Source: Monocercomonoides exilis PA203
Lineage: Eukaryota; Protista; Preaxostyla
Direction of reading: 5' to 3'
Assembly (NCBI GenBank): GCA_001643675.2
Contig: LSRY02000010.1
Span: forward strand, 248,001-312,000
Length of the DNA stretch: 64,000 bases
Positions 11,785 to 23,970 of the stretch are shown here, piece after piece. The notes beneath the pieces are model-generated. The model was not told the DNA's origin. It did no database searches and worked only from the letters and a program-made list of their open reading frames with translations. The translations under genes were made by a program, and so were the position numbers. The stretch's first letter is position 1; each line of letters begins with the position of its first letter.

Positions 11785-13022
11785 CTTTGAAACATAAAAT
11801 AATTTTTGACAGCATCTGGAATCGTTTGATATGTTAAACTAACAAACTTTGTGAAGCATATCGGTAATTCCACAATTTCTTCAGATGGGATAATGGAACA
11901 AATAACATTACCGTGTTTGTATTCAATAAATTTTGCTAAATAATTAAAATTCCTTCGTTTCTTCGCAAATGCGTTTGACTTATAAAAGTGAATCATCAGT
12001 GTATAACCCTCAGAATAGTTGTGCATACTCTTTTTCATTTGTTGTTTCGTGAAATTTTTCAATGACTCCTTCACTTTACGAATATACATACCTTCAAGCT
12101 CCAAATCATTTTCAACTTCTCTGGGAGAATGCAAGTTGAAATAAGCTGAGTGTGGAGTGTCGTTGTAATAATCCACCAATTGTTGCATCATTCGTGGATC
12201 AGCCATGTTTCGAACATTATATCCAAAGCCATCTCTAAGTGTTCTGATCGCTCGATAAACAACACTGTTATGTTTCGTTTGTTTGCTGCTTGTGAAGAAT
12301 GTTTGTATTTCAATTTGTTCAAAGAAATTTGTTTGTCTCCTGCTTGTCCACACAGCTTCACGATCACTTCTAATGTGTTTTGCGTTAACTTGTTTTATCA
12401 GTTGTTCCAATGCTCTCAGCAATGCATTTTCTGTTTTATTGCTTATGGTGATAACCACAAGGAACTTCGTATTCACGTTAATTGCTACCATGAATGTGTT
12501 CAACAGTCTGTTTCGATCATCATTCAGTATAATAAGGTCAATCTCATATAAATGGAATGCTGGTGAGAAATATGGGTGTTGGAGTTTCAATAAGGGTTTT
12601 TGTTGATAATCAGCGGGGACTTCTTTTCTAAACAAAGGTTTGGACTTGAACGGAAAAATCAAGGGTTCAACATTATTTTTCGCAATATTCTTCTGTGTTT
12701 CCTTCTGTTGAATTCTTCGCATATGGAGTGGATAATGTTGGTCAATCTGTGGATTAAGTTCGTGGAGCAAATCTAAGTATTCATCATAGTATTGTCGGAC
12801 TGTTTTGTCACCATAATATATTTTTTCCATATTCTGTTCGATAAGTTTTCGTTTATCTGCATCGTGAGCTGTGAACTGTTTCTTAATAAATGATGACTCA
12901 GCTTCTAAATACTCCTGCTTCAAGAACGAATTGATAATTGTGGTCACATTATCTGAAGCTTTGTCCTTGTCCAATGACTGGAATAAATTATTCCATTAGT
13001 CAAAAATATTCTCCGAAGCCAT
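11781..13022 (-). pseudogene. Retroviral-type (rve) integrase of Maverick/Polinton
   Basis: YEIDL, FMVAINVNTKF, IRSDRE, NSVVYRAIRTLRD, YYNDTPHS. Upstream ATG at 13022 is in frame via a TAA at 12996-12998; the third acidic position reads Y. Confidence 0.85.
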
Positions 13023-13032
13023 TTTCAAATCG

Positions 13033-16000
13033 TTAAATAACACAATAATTCTTGGCCGATGCATTATACATGAATGATGCGCAACTTTCATCATCTAGCA
13101 CTACCATTTTCGTGTGTATTCCACTCAGAGCATTCTTTGTGATCCTCAGTTTTTTCATTTCACATTTCACATTCCTCAGGTTCAAAGATACAGACTCAAT
13201 AACAACATCATCAATCAGTGTTTGCAGGCAATCATTTACTTAAATTTCCTTTAATGTTCCATCCATTCCGATCACTTTAGCTGCAAAGCTCATGTAATTA
13301 TCATTGGTGTTAACCCCTTTGTTTTTCATAATCTCTATCCCATTGCATCGTATTGTGTAAGATTTTGGAGATAAAGTAATCATCCAATCACAAACTCTCT
13401 CAACAGTTAACCCCAACAATTTCTTTTGCTCCTTCACATCTGATGTTCCTGGAAACCAATATCCCACATGTTTGTTATTGAACTCGCGATTGATAAATAA
13501 TGCATCAAACCCCTGATTTATCCCGAGCTTGGAATGACCACAAATAGACCAATATGCACTATCAGTGTCACCTTCAATGAAATGAATACGTTCTAAATTC
13601 AAACATTTCATCATGAAGATGAAGACGAATCTGAGATACCACACTTTGGCGTTATCCAATGTCCATACCGCTGATTGCAAACAAGTGCAGCATGCTGCTT
13701 GTCTGGGCTGTTGTTCAACAGTGGACACATTAGCCCCCGGTTTCTGAGATGACACAAATGATAGAAATATTTGAGATCTCACTGTTTCTTCCTTCGATAA
13801 TAACGCTGTCTTTGGAAATATTTCAGTGTTCATACTATCATAAGCATACGATGAATTCAGCAGTAATTTCATAAACAGTGCTTCATTTTTGTTTCCCTCA
13901 GCAATAGCTTTAACCAGTTGATCCATCAAAGCACAAGCAAATGTTTTGAATACAGCGTTCTTGCTGAAGACAGCCATTTCCTTTAAATCATCGATCACAA
14001 GCCCACATTCCTTAATCATATAGAAGAGATGCTCGTTTGTGAAAGACATGAACTGGTTGTGAGTGCTAATCAATTGGGTGATTTTTGTCTCACGTTTGCC
14101 TATGTGTAATAACTGATGCTTCATTGTGTCCATCATTTTTGTTCCAACAATGTCTTCATTAGTGTTGAATGTTAAGTTTCTGATAATTGGTGGAAAAAAT
14201 AAACATTTGTTGATGTGTGATTCTTTGATATGTCCTTTCAGTGAAACAATGAATAATTTATCGTGTTCTGCAATGATTCTGTTCAGAACATCCATCTTTG
14301 TTGTGTAGAATTCACAATGCCATGGGATGTACATTCGTTTTCCAAAACAGTTCTTTATTGATGAATATGCTGATGGATACAAACTGTTGAAGTCCACACC
14401 CATAATGTGAGTCATGATGTTCGGAGTATTTTTTGATATTATCGTGTTGTCAGCATGGTGGAAATGTGATATGTGAGATTCGCCAGCAATGTTGATTCTG
14501 TGCATAACATTTGACAATCCCCCAGTTATCGAAGAACGTAATAACGAATATACTCTTGAATCATCGAGTGCGAGAGGCAAGTTATGATACAGCGCGAACT
14601 TCTTCATCTGTATTCTCAGTCTCGTGAGGTGTTCATCCCTGTCCGATTTCACAACATTGCAATACAAACACGAAAACTTCACATTATCTATTGAATGTCC
14701 TTTCGAATTATCTATTCTGTAGAGTGTGTGCTTATTGTTTGTAGTGAACGAAGCGTTGCACAAATGACATTTTTGTTGAAATAGTTCAACAGCCCAGTCA
14801 TAATCATCATTAGTTATTGAATTATTTCGCAAACTTTTGGCATCCTGAAGCTTGTATCCATCAACCATTTTCCTCCACTTTTCCGTTGTCAGTTTATATG
14901 GTTTCTAATATTTGGAAATAAAGTAATCAGCATGAATATCAAAGTCTGGATATGGTGGATAACCTGTGAATAATGATGGAAAATAACAGGACACAAACTT
15001 AGCAGCAGCTGCATTCGATGCTGCAGAAACTGAATGGATCATATCAATTTTGAAACGAGCGAATAAAATAATTTGATTTCTGATGGGTTTAATCATAATA
15101 ACAGTATCTTGCTCGTTATAATATTTGAAATAATCCCATCTGTTATTGAATTTCTGTTCATCATCAACATATTCGTTGTATTGTGTTTCAATCAGTGTGT
15201 TAATACCTTTCAGTGATGAGTGAAACGCTGTATGAGGGAATGGAGTGGTTTGAGTTAGCACTTCTTCATAATTAGATGAATTGATGGCTTCGTGTGGAAA
15301 CGCACCTTTCTCTTCACTTCCATCACCAAAGTCTTTGACAAACGAGTCAAAAGTTTGAGGAAATACATAATGTATTCGATCAACGAATCTCAATATGATA
15401 TGTTTGATGTTGTGAGATACCATAATCTGTTTGGCATGGTTCAGTTTACCAAGAACTGATGTCACAGCCAATTCTTCAGATATTTGATACGGGATGATAA
15501 ATGCGTTGTCGAAGTTCGATGAATTCCAGCCGATAGCATTAACAACTTTTGCATTATATGGGATATTTTCATCCTCATAACGATTTGATTCTGCAATTCG
15601 GTCAGCAATTGTAAACATTCACATGATCGCTTTTGTGATAAAACATTCACTATCTGTTGAATCTCGTTTATCGAAATACTGTGTGGACATTTCATCACTT
15701 ATTACCGCTGTCATTGTAATCGATAATGGTATTAGTTTGCTGACTGTCTGTGTTTTATCCCATGTTTCCTCTTCATCGGCAAACTTTTCTATTGTTTCAA
15801 AATCAAAAGCAATTAAATTCATTGTTGGTTTCCACTTGTCCATCATTTCGTGTGCAAGCAAGTATTCAGTTGTTTTGTTGTTCAAAATGGCTGTTGACTC
15901 TTGGACCGTTTTATTGTTTTTGTCTCTCCTTCTTTGCATTTAGCTACATGTTTTTCGAAAAGTTCAATACAATGGTTATCGACTTTGTAAGGTCTGGCAT

Positions 16001-17309
16001 ACGATAAACAATATGGGCAAACCTTCATTTTTGTCAACTTGTCTGGGTCAACAACGTGCATAATATGCATTCGCTCAGGTGCATTAATGAGCAATACATT
16101 CAAAGTTTTCTCAGCCTCAGGGTAAATATAAAACTGTGACAGGTGATAATTGTTTTTGGAGTTGTATGCATACAGATTAACGGAAACATTGAAGAAAGTC
16201 GTGAATTTGTCCATTTCTGTTGCAATATTTAATCCTTTGTGTGTTCTCAGATATGGTGTCAACAAACGTTGTTTACTGTTATCATAATTATAGAACTCAG
16301 CAAACAAACGCTTCGCTTCACACAACCTCATGTTGCTGCTGATCTTTCTATCAGCCGGCATTGTCAAAAAGGCTAATGCAATAAACATACAGATGGGGTA
16401 TTCACAATTAACGTGATTAACATTGTGTGTGGCAATGTGTTCCGCAAGCCCCGGGAAGTTCATCCCAATCTCTCGCAAGTAATACACCTTGAACATCACT
16501 GAAAATATTGCACACATTCTGTTTCTTGTGTCCAGAAAAGTTAAATCTTTGTTGTCTAGTATCCTCCTGTTCATTGCCTCTTTGAGTCTATCAACATCGA
16601 AGGCTGATGACACAATCATCGGTCTGGTTGTGATAAATGCTTGCTCACTGTTTGGTAGAACAGCATGGTATATGTACTGAGGTATTCTATCAATTTACCC
16701 TTCCAGTCTTTCGAATATCACACCAAAATCATACTGTATTTTTATCGGCATTTTCATTTTCTCTTGTTCGATAACATGTTTCAAGAAATTGACGATATTC
16801 TCGAATGAACAGATGCGATTGTTATAGTAATATCGGTAAGGTTCTGAGTCATCTGATACATAAGTGGGTTTCATTGATTTTCGTATACGCTCCAGTTCAA
16901 TCTCAAAGTCATGAACTTGGCTTAGGGGAAACAACAAAAGTGTACTGTTTTCTTCATCATCTGATTCAAGAGCTGTTTGTTCAATTTGTTGAGTATTGTT
17001 TGTTGACTCGTTAATGAATTGAAGCTTTTTCTTGAAGAATTGTTCTAATGCATTCTTCTTATCAAACTTATCAGCCTCGGTTTCAGCAATCTGGAACATT
17101 TGTTGAATATCTTCCATTATTTCGTCTGATATTTTTCGTTCGTTAGTCTCATGAAATGAACAGATGTCATCATAATCACTGTACTTGCCAGCATAACCAA
17201 GTATCGAAATATGTTGGTGAAACTGTGAGACTTTCGCAAAGTGATGAACAGCTGTGGGCTTAAACTTAAACTTCTTGCACAATTCAATTAATTGATTTTT
17301 ATTTAACAT
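13033..17309 (-). pseudogene. Protein-primed family B DNA polymerase with HNH/endonuclease-VII-like insert
   Basis: Exo I AFDFET, Exo II GWNSSNFD, KGAFPHE, Exo III YYNEQD; Pol A DFNSLYPS, Pol B KLLLNSSY, Pol C EGDTDS, KGVN. CxxC..TLYRIDNSKGHSIDNV..CxxCN lies between exo and pol. Five track ORFs join through in-frame stops (16695 TAA, 15619 TGA, 14905 TAG) and one frameshift near 15885; the frame continues past TAA 13240 to a final TAA at 13033. Confidence 0.9.
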
Positions 17310-17351
17310 TTTAATCACGAAAAAAATAAATTTTCTTTCACTTATTTTGAT

Positions 17352-18305
17352 TTATTCAATATCCATTGCTGATGGATCTGATGGAACAGATGACGAGGAA
17401 GCTGAGGCAGAGGAATCTCTGTATTTGTGTACAATATCAATAAAAGGATTGGAATACGCTTCATTGAGATTAAGCTCAATTTGTTTAAGATCTTTCTTAT
17501 TGAATACTCCTTTAGCCACTTCAAGCGTTGTGTCAGAGTATCTTCCCATTAAACGTTCAAAGTCTCCTGCCGTTAATTTGCCATGCAATTTTTTCCAAGT
17601 TCCTCTGTTTTTCTGTAATAAGTGATGGACATCATTAGCTGTGTCATATGAACTTTATGTTGGGTCGATTGCAACGATCATATCTTTTATAAGACATCGA
17701 ACGAAAATCACGTTTGCAAATTTCATCACACAGGCTGAATATGCCAGTTTTTGTTTTTTCATAAAATCATCAATTGCCGTATCCTTCCAATCAACATCGT
17801 TAAGAATCGACTCAACAACCCTTCGTTTGAAGTCAATATTTATGTTAGTGACCTTGTGTCCTTGCACGAACTCCCTTAATGATTGTTTTTTTCGAACCTC
17901 ATAATCAAGGTATCTATCCACAAAATCCTGTGTTAATTTTTTTCTCTTTAATTCATCACCTGTTACATATCCGTCCGTTGCATATATCTTCCCTTTGGGA
18001 TCTTTCCATATGATTTTGTCAGGAGTTGCCGGGTTATTATCATGATCAATTTGGTCAAACGTCCAGGCTTTATCTCTCCAAAGCTTCCTCCGTTTTAGAT
18101 TATCCTCTCCAGATTTTTCTCCGATCAGTTCTTTAATCGTCCGTATCTCACGTTGTTGATTAATTACGATGTCGTATAAGTCCTCCATTTGCTTGTCATG
18201 ATCACGTTTTTGTTTAGGTTTAGGTTTAATCGTTTTTCTTTGACCTAGTTGTGCCGCAATATCTGGCAACGATATCACACTCTTTGATGAAGTCATTGTT
18301 TTCAT
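17352..18305 (-). pseudogene. Hypothetical element protein (~317 codons) with one in-frame TAA
   Basis: Track ORFs 17655-18305 and 17352-17588 share a frame; only the TAA at 17655-17657 separates them. Confidence 0.6.
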
Positions 18306-18316
18306 AGGAGTGAAAA

Positions 18317-19220
18317 ATGATAGATAGTGATGCGAAACAGCTTGTTGACGAGATCAACGTTTTATCATTAGAAAACTGTGTCAATGAAATGATGGAAGAC
18401 ATGAACGATAATCTAACAGATGAGTTGCAGACTGAGATACACCCTGACTTATCCTTCAAACGCAATTCTGTTTCATTACTCGTGAGGGCAAGATGAAGTG
18501 GTAAAACATACAGTGTGTTGTACGAAACGGCGAAAGTTAGTGAATTGAACGATCTGTACACAAGATTTCCAGAAATTCAATACAGTCCATATTCGCTGTT
18601 TGTGTACATTTCTGATAAAACAATAGATAGAACATTCGCGAGAATGGAAAAGTTCATTAACATCCCCATTGTGCAAGTGCGTTACAAAGAAGCATTTCAA
18701 ACATTAACCGATATAAGCAGAACCAAAGAACTGCACAATCGCATTCGTTCTGGTGAACAATATGATGAAGATATTCAGCAAGCAGTATTTGATTCATTGA
18801 ATGTCAATGATTCATAACAAAAACATCATCACACCGCAGTTTTTATTCGATGACTGAATGGAAATATTCAAAAAGAAAGATTGCATCTTCCAACTGTTAT
18901 TCGAGAATGGACAGCCAATGATCACACACTTCTTATTCTTGCAAGATCCAAAAGGAATAAGTAGTGAGGTGAAAGCTAACTTAGATGCATTGTGGATTTT
19001 TGGTGAATTCTCCAAACAGAAGTTCAACTATGTGTATCATCAACTGCCGACAAGCAAAGATCGTGAAGAAATGCGGAATATTTACAAGTATCTGAACAAA
19101 AATGATGTGATGCATTGTTCGTTTAACACTGACGAAACTGTCATTAAAACAGTAGTTAATGAGACAATGTTTAAGAAAGATGATGACAAAACAACGACAC
19201 TGAGAAGACGAACAGTATAA
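18317..19220 (+). pseudogene. Virion genome-packaging ATPase (A32/FtsK-HerA type)
   Basis: ATG 18317; Walker A region SLLVRAR*SGKT (TGA at 18494); Walker B FLFDD before 18858 after a frameshift; FLFLQD motif C and downstream NLDALWIF. Confidence 0.75.
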
Positions 19221-19238
19221 ATGAAATAATATGAATGT

Positions 19239-19601
19239 TCATTCACTTAGCATTTTGAATGTTTTCAGTGCTTCAATAACGACTTCCATCTGCTTTGCCA
19301 ATGTGTTGATGGAATCAATGATACCGTCGAAATCTGGATTTTGTTTATCTTCGTTGATGGTACTTTGCTCGTGACATTTCTTTAATGATATTTTACCTTG
19401 AAGTTTGGTGATTCGATATCCAGGAATGTGAAACTGTTTGTTCAGCTTGCAAGTGGTCAGTTTATTCATCTCCTCTTCATTATCAGCGAGATATTCTTTA
19501 AACTCCTGAACTGTTTCAAATGTTCTGATGTCAGGAGAAAAAGGTTCAATGATAGTTAAATCTGGTAATTCTTTTCTAATAGTCTTAGATGTTTTTGACA
19601 T
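19239..19601 (-). CDS. Small uninterrupted element protein (120 aa), function unknown
   Basis: ATG-to-stop ORF convergent with the ATPase (18-bp gap); IIEPFS..TF.T..EF and TTCKLNKQFHIPGYRITK segments plus a C-terminal coiled coil. Confidence 0.6.
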   Translation of the reverse strand: MSKTSKTIRKELPDLTIIEPFSPDIRTFETVQEFKEYLADNEEEMNKLTTCKLNKQFHIPGYRITKLQGKISLKKCHEQSTINEDKQNPDFDGIIDSINTLAKQMEVVIEALKTFKMLSE

Positions 19602-20930
19602 CTTTTGAAGAAGATAAAATACATTTATTGATTCTGTTTCACATTATCACTTTATTTAAGAACACTATTATTTATGTTTCATTGATGAAATTTGAAACAT
19701 AATGTGAGGTGTTTGGTTTTGTGATTGATTTGAATTAGATTATTATTATTTATTTATAAATTTTTATTTTCGATATCGATAAATTATTTATTGTTTAATT
19801 TTGATTGTCATTAAGCACTTTTCATTAAGCACTTATCATTTATTACTGTGAATTAGGTTTTGATTTTGAGTTCTAAATTCCCTGCGAATTTGACTGCTGA
19901 GCAGCTATGAGCAACACTGTCTCATATATCGCAAAGAGGCATGATTTATTTGATTTGACAAATGTTTGAAAATTTGTCGCCTCTGATGGGTATTGAACCC
20001 TTGATTTTAATAATGAAAGGCCATGGTATTCCCCTTAAGTTATAAAAGCTAAAAATAAATTTGCATATTTCATATTTTCTTTTATTTTTAAAGATAATAA
20101 ATGAACATATTTTTTTATCGATACCAAACACCATTGCAATCATTAACACCCATCGACATTAATTACAACACCTCACCCCCCACAAAACGTTACCACACAA
20201 CCTCCACTTTAGAGACTCAACTCCCGAAAGCATTTGTGAACTCCCAACGAATAAGATACATTCACGTTATTTAGTACAAACTGATCAAGAAAATCGATCT
20301 CAATAAAGATCATCCCAACGAACTCGTGGATGGGGACAAAGTCTCCTTGAGCAACTTCGTAGCGAACACTATTGCACTTGATGAACCCCAGCATGTATCT
20401 CTTCATGCCGATTTAATTCACGAGGACAGAGACAACGACAGTTTAGTGCGATACTGCAATAATATATCAAAAACGAGACAAATATTAATAGTTCATCAGA
20501 CGAGATAGCTTCAAAGTGTGGTTTCAAAACTTGGATGGAACACTGTTGGATATGACAAATGTGAAGTTCATGTTGAAGAACATGCTGGAGTATTTGAGTG
20601 GACTTTCACATTGATGAAATACAACTGACCACACACGTTTGTTGTATCATTAGTTGAATCGTCAATTATTTCAAACAGTGTCCACTGAAGCGCTATGGTG
20701 GATAGCCAATGTCAATATTTTTTGAACAAATGGCATTATGGTGGATTGTCACATAGATGTTTTTCATTTGATTTGGTGGTTGTTTTGGTGTATTCAACTT
20801 GAAAAAGTGTAAATCGGTGTCCAGAATACGAAATTGTGGTAATGTCTGAGACTCAGCAGAGGGATTTATAGGTTAAATCTCCGTGCTGGAAGCGTTGACA
20901 GGCAGTCCGGATCTTTAAATATCATCTGAG

Positions 20931-21132
20931 AAGAGCTGCCAACATGCTATTTTTACCAACATGAGCATTTAACTCCTTATTTATCATGATTTTGAGGGTT
21001 TTTATTTATTTTCGATTGCATCATCATTCTGCCACATTGCCACATGGAATCGTTGGTGGAATATAACTGGTGGCACACACTTCTTGTATCATTGGTGTAT
21101 TAATGATTCAAAAAAAACGAATATGTTTTGTT
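20931..21132 (+). repeat. Left arm of inverted repeat flanking the primase-helicase
   Basis: 20931-21096 is the exact reverse complement of 23805-23970 (166 bp); near-identical to 21132; degenerate similarity continues outward to ~20630. Confidence 0.95.
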
Positions 21133-21434
21133 GTTACAAACAATTATCACACTGGCCCGGGTCAATTGGGCAGTTAATTTAGTGCTGTGGCGTTGAAATA
21201 TTGGGCTAAATCTCCGAGCTTTTCACCTGCACTGTGTGCACCGCATCAATTGTATCCTATAAATAATGTGGGCAAACGGGTGAACTGAGCATAGTGGGCA
21301 AAACACATTTAATGTGAAAATTAACTGTTATCGTTCATTTTCGACATTTCCTTTAACATCATCTTCCCCGTAAATTTGCGTAACAAAAATAAATCTGTTT
21401 CAAAAAAAATTTTTGTTTTTTTAATTTTTAAAAA

Positions 21435-23770
21435 ATGACAAACCCCCAAACAGACACTGACAACGTGATCCAACAACTAATTGATTCAATGTCAACAGAA
21501 CAGCAAACGTTGGGAGAACGAATGAAAGATCACATTGTTGACTTGTTCGACTACAAGAAATACTCTGACAAGAAGCAAGGTCAACGCCACACTGGAACAG
21601 TTGTCGATATCAGTAAATGTGAGGATCTTTGTGTCGTTGATGTTGACATTAACAAATCCCTTCAAACTGAACAAACGAAAGCCATCAGGAATTCCATCCT
21701 CAAGATACTCCCCCGAAATGTGGGACTTGTACAAACAGCTCATGGCTGTCTTCATATTTATTGTGAGCTGTGTGATTATCTCCTCAAATGTTCGTCACAA
21801 ACCAAAGTGTTTACGAGTCCAGAGTACGATATCGACATTTTTGCAGGTATTGTGGATGAAAAACATAGGTTTGTTGCACAAGTTGACTCTTCATACAGAG
21901 AAATGAAAGATGGCAAGAGAATCGTCACCAAATACATTCCCCTCAACAATTACAGGGAGCTCAGGGATTTTTCTCCACTCGAAAGTGTTCTTGACATCTT
22001 CGGTATTGATCTCAAAACAGAGAATTCATCAGCCGTAATGGAAGCTGAACCACACAATCTTCTCACACAAGATAATGTCGTTGATATGTTTCCAACTGTC
22101 GCTCTTGCTCTTATCGATGGACTCAAAGATGTTAAAATACATAACGACACAGGTTCTTTGTTACTTGATTCTGAGTTAACTCTTTTCTGTTGTTTGCAGC
22201 TCTCAATTCTCTTATCAACATTAATGGTTTCGTCAACGGATTGATATATTTTCTTTTCAATCAAATCAAAGAGACAGCCTCTCTTACAGCAAATGCAATC
22301 ACTAACTTTGAACAGAAACGAAACAGATACAGAGACTGCAAGTCACATCCATTTGTTCAAAAAAAATTGTCAAGAGACGGAATCCAACATATTACAACGA
22401 TGTGATCATTCCACTCCTCAGAATAGAGAATGAGCAAAATGAATAACCTCCACGAGAGATTACTGCACATGAAATAGATCTCAACTCATCGTTCTCGTTC
22501 TCTGAAATCAGGGATCAAGCTTGTCGAAAACAATACTCCTCACTGCCTGAAGTCGCTGAAGATCTCACAAAAGTTCTGAGGTTTGTTGAAGCAAGGATGG
22601 AATTCATTGTGAAAGAATTTGACATTCACACCTCTTGTTATTCGATAACATTCAAGACAAAACCTGCAATGAACGAACTGTTCAAAACATAAAAACTCTG
22701 GCATGATGATAAAAAGACTTTCACTGTTGAGACAGCTTTCGAACAATACTCTCATGTTCTATCGATTGATGGGGTGAAGTTCTTCACAGATAACCCTCGA
22801 ATATTCTCTCTATTCCATGGGTTCAAATGCCAAATGGCAAACGAACAAAACGACGAAATCATCAAACCATTCCTTGATTTCACACGAGAAGTTTTCGCCA
22901 ACGACAACGAATAACTCTATCAATACATCCTCTGTTGGATTGCGTCAATTGTTCAAAATTCTGGTCATAAAGCAGAAACATCACTTGTTCTCAAAGGTTT
23001 GCTAGGAATTGTAAAGAATGTCTGGACAAATGTCCTTACTAAACTGTTGGCAGGATATTCATGTCCGAATGTCACAGGGATTGCAGAACTGACAGGACAG
23101 TTCAACTCCATCGTCGAAGGGAAAATGCTTATTGTTCAAAACGAATTGAAGAATGTTGGAGATGATCAAACAGCTAACTTTTATGCATTGAAGAGTATAA
23201 TCACGGATTCAACAATCAGAATCAATGAGAAGAATCAGCCAAGAAGAACAGCTGAGAACGTCGCTTATTTCATATTTGCGACAAATCACACGTACTCGGT
23301 GAAGATTGAGATTGATGACAGAAGATATGTTGTTTGTGATTGTAACTCAAAAAACAAGAATAGTCTCATATTCTTCAAGGATTTCACAAGCTCTTTCGAC
23401 AATGAATTCCATGAACAACTTCTCCGTTATTTCCTCAGCAAAGATCTCTCCAATTTCAACACAAGGGATAATCCAACAACGGAGGCAAAGGAAGATATCA
23501 TTGCAGCATTACTCTCAGTTATTGAGGTGTTCTGTCAGGAGCATTGCAATAAACTCAAAGAAGTGTGAAGATGTTCCGAAGCACTCAGTTACAGACCAGT
23601 TGAATTCAAGAACTATCACTTATTCCAATTTGCAATCAAAGACAGATGTGAGAGAATACGAGAAGGTGGAAGAGGAAACAAAATCCAACGTTATGAACTC
23701 AAGCCAGAGTGTGAACCACTTTTCAAACGACAAGAAGATGAAGATTACATGGACTGTTCTGTTGAAATTA
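21435..23770 (+). pseudogene. Primase (AEP/Prim-Pol-like) fused to superfamily 3 (D5-like) helicase
   Basis: CVVDVD and TAHGCLHIY primase motifs; Walker A KGLLGIVKN, Walker B LIVQNE, LKSIIT..RINEK, FATNH, DDRRY. Frameshifts near 22190 and 22360; in-frame TAA at 22444, 22690, 22912 and TGA at 23566. 3' end approximate. Confidence 0.85.
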
Positions 23771-23970
23771 ACAAAACATATTCGTTTTTTGGAATCATTA
23801 ATAAACCAATGATACAAGAAGTGTGTGCCACCAGTTATATTCCACCAACGATTCCATGTGGCAATGTGGCAGAATGATGATGCAATCGAAAATAAATAAA
23901 AACCCTCAAAATCATGATAAATAAGGAGTTAAATGCTCATGTTGGTAAAAATAGCATGTTGGCAGCTCTT
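23770..23970 (-). repeat. Right arm of inverted repeat flanking the primase-helicase
   Basis: Reverse complement of 20931-21132; degenerate extension to ~24200. Confidence 0.95.

Noticed and set aside
19860-20800. Possible decayed major capsid or other structural gene remnant
   Set aside because: Only short stop-riddled coding-like fragments with no motif I can assign; needs tBLASTn/HHpred against intact copies.
10942-23570. Alternative genetic code (TAA/TAG = Gln) in the viral element, suggested by at least nine in-frame TAA and one TAG
   Set aside because: In-frame TGA stops also occur (15619, 18494, 18855, 23566), one inside Walker A. There are frameshifts and missense hits in catalytic motifs, and both element and host genes end in TAA. 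Ordinary pseudogenisation explains it.
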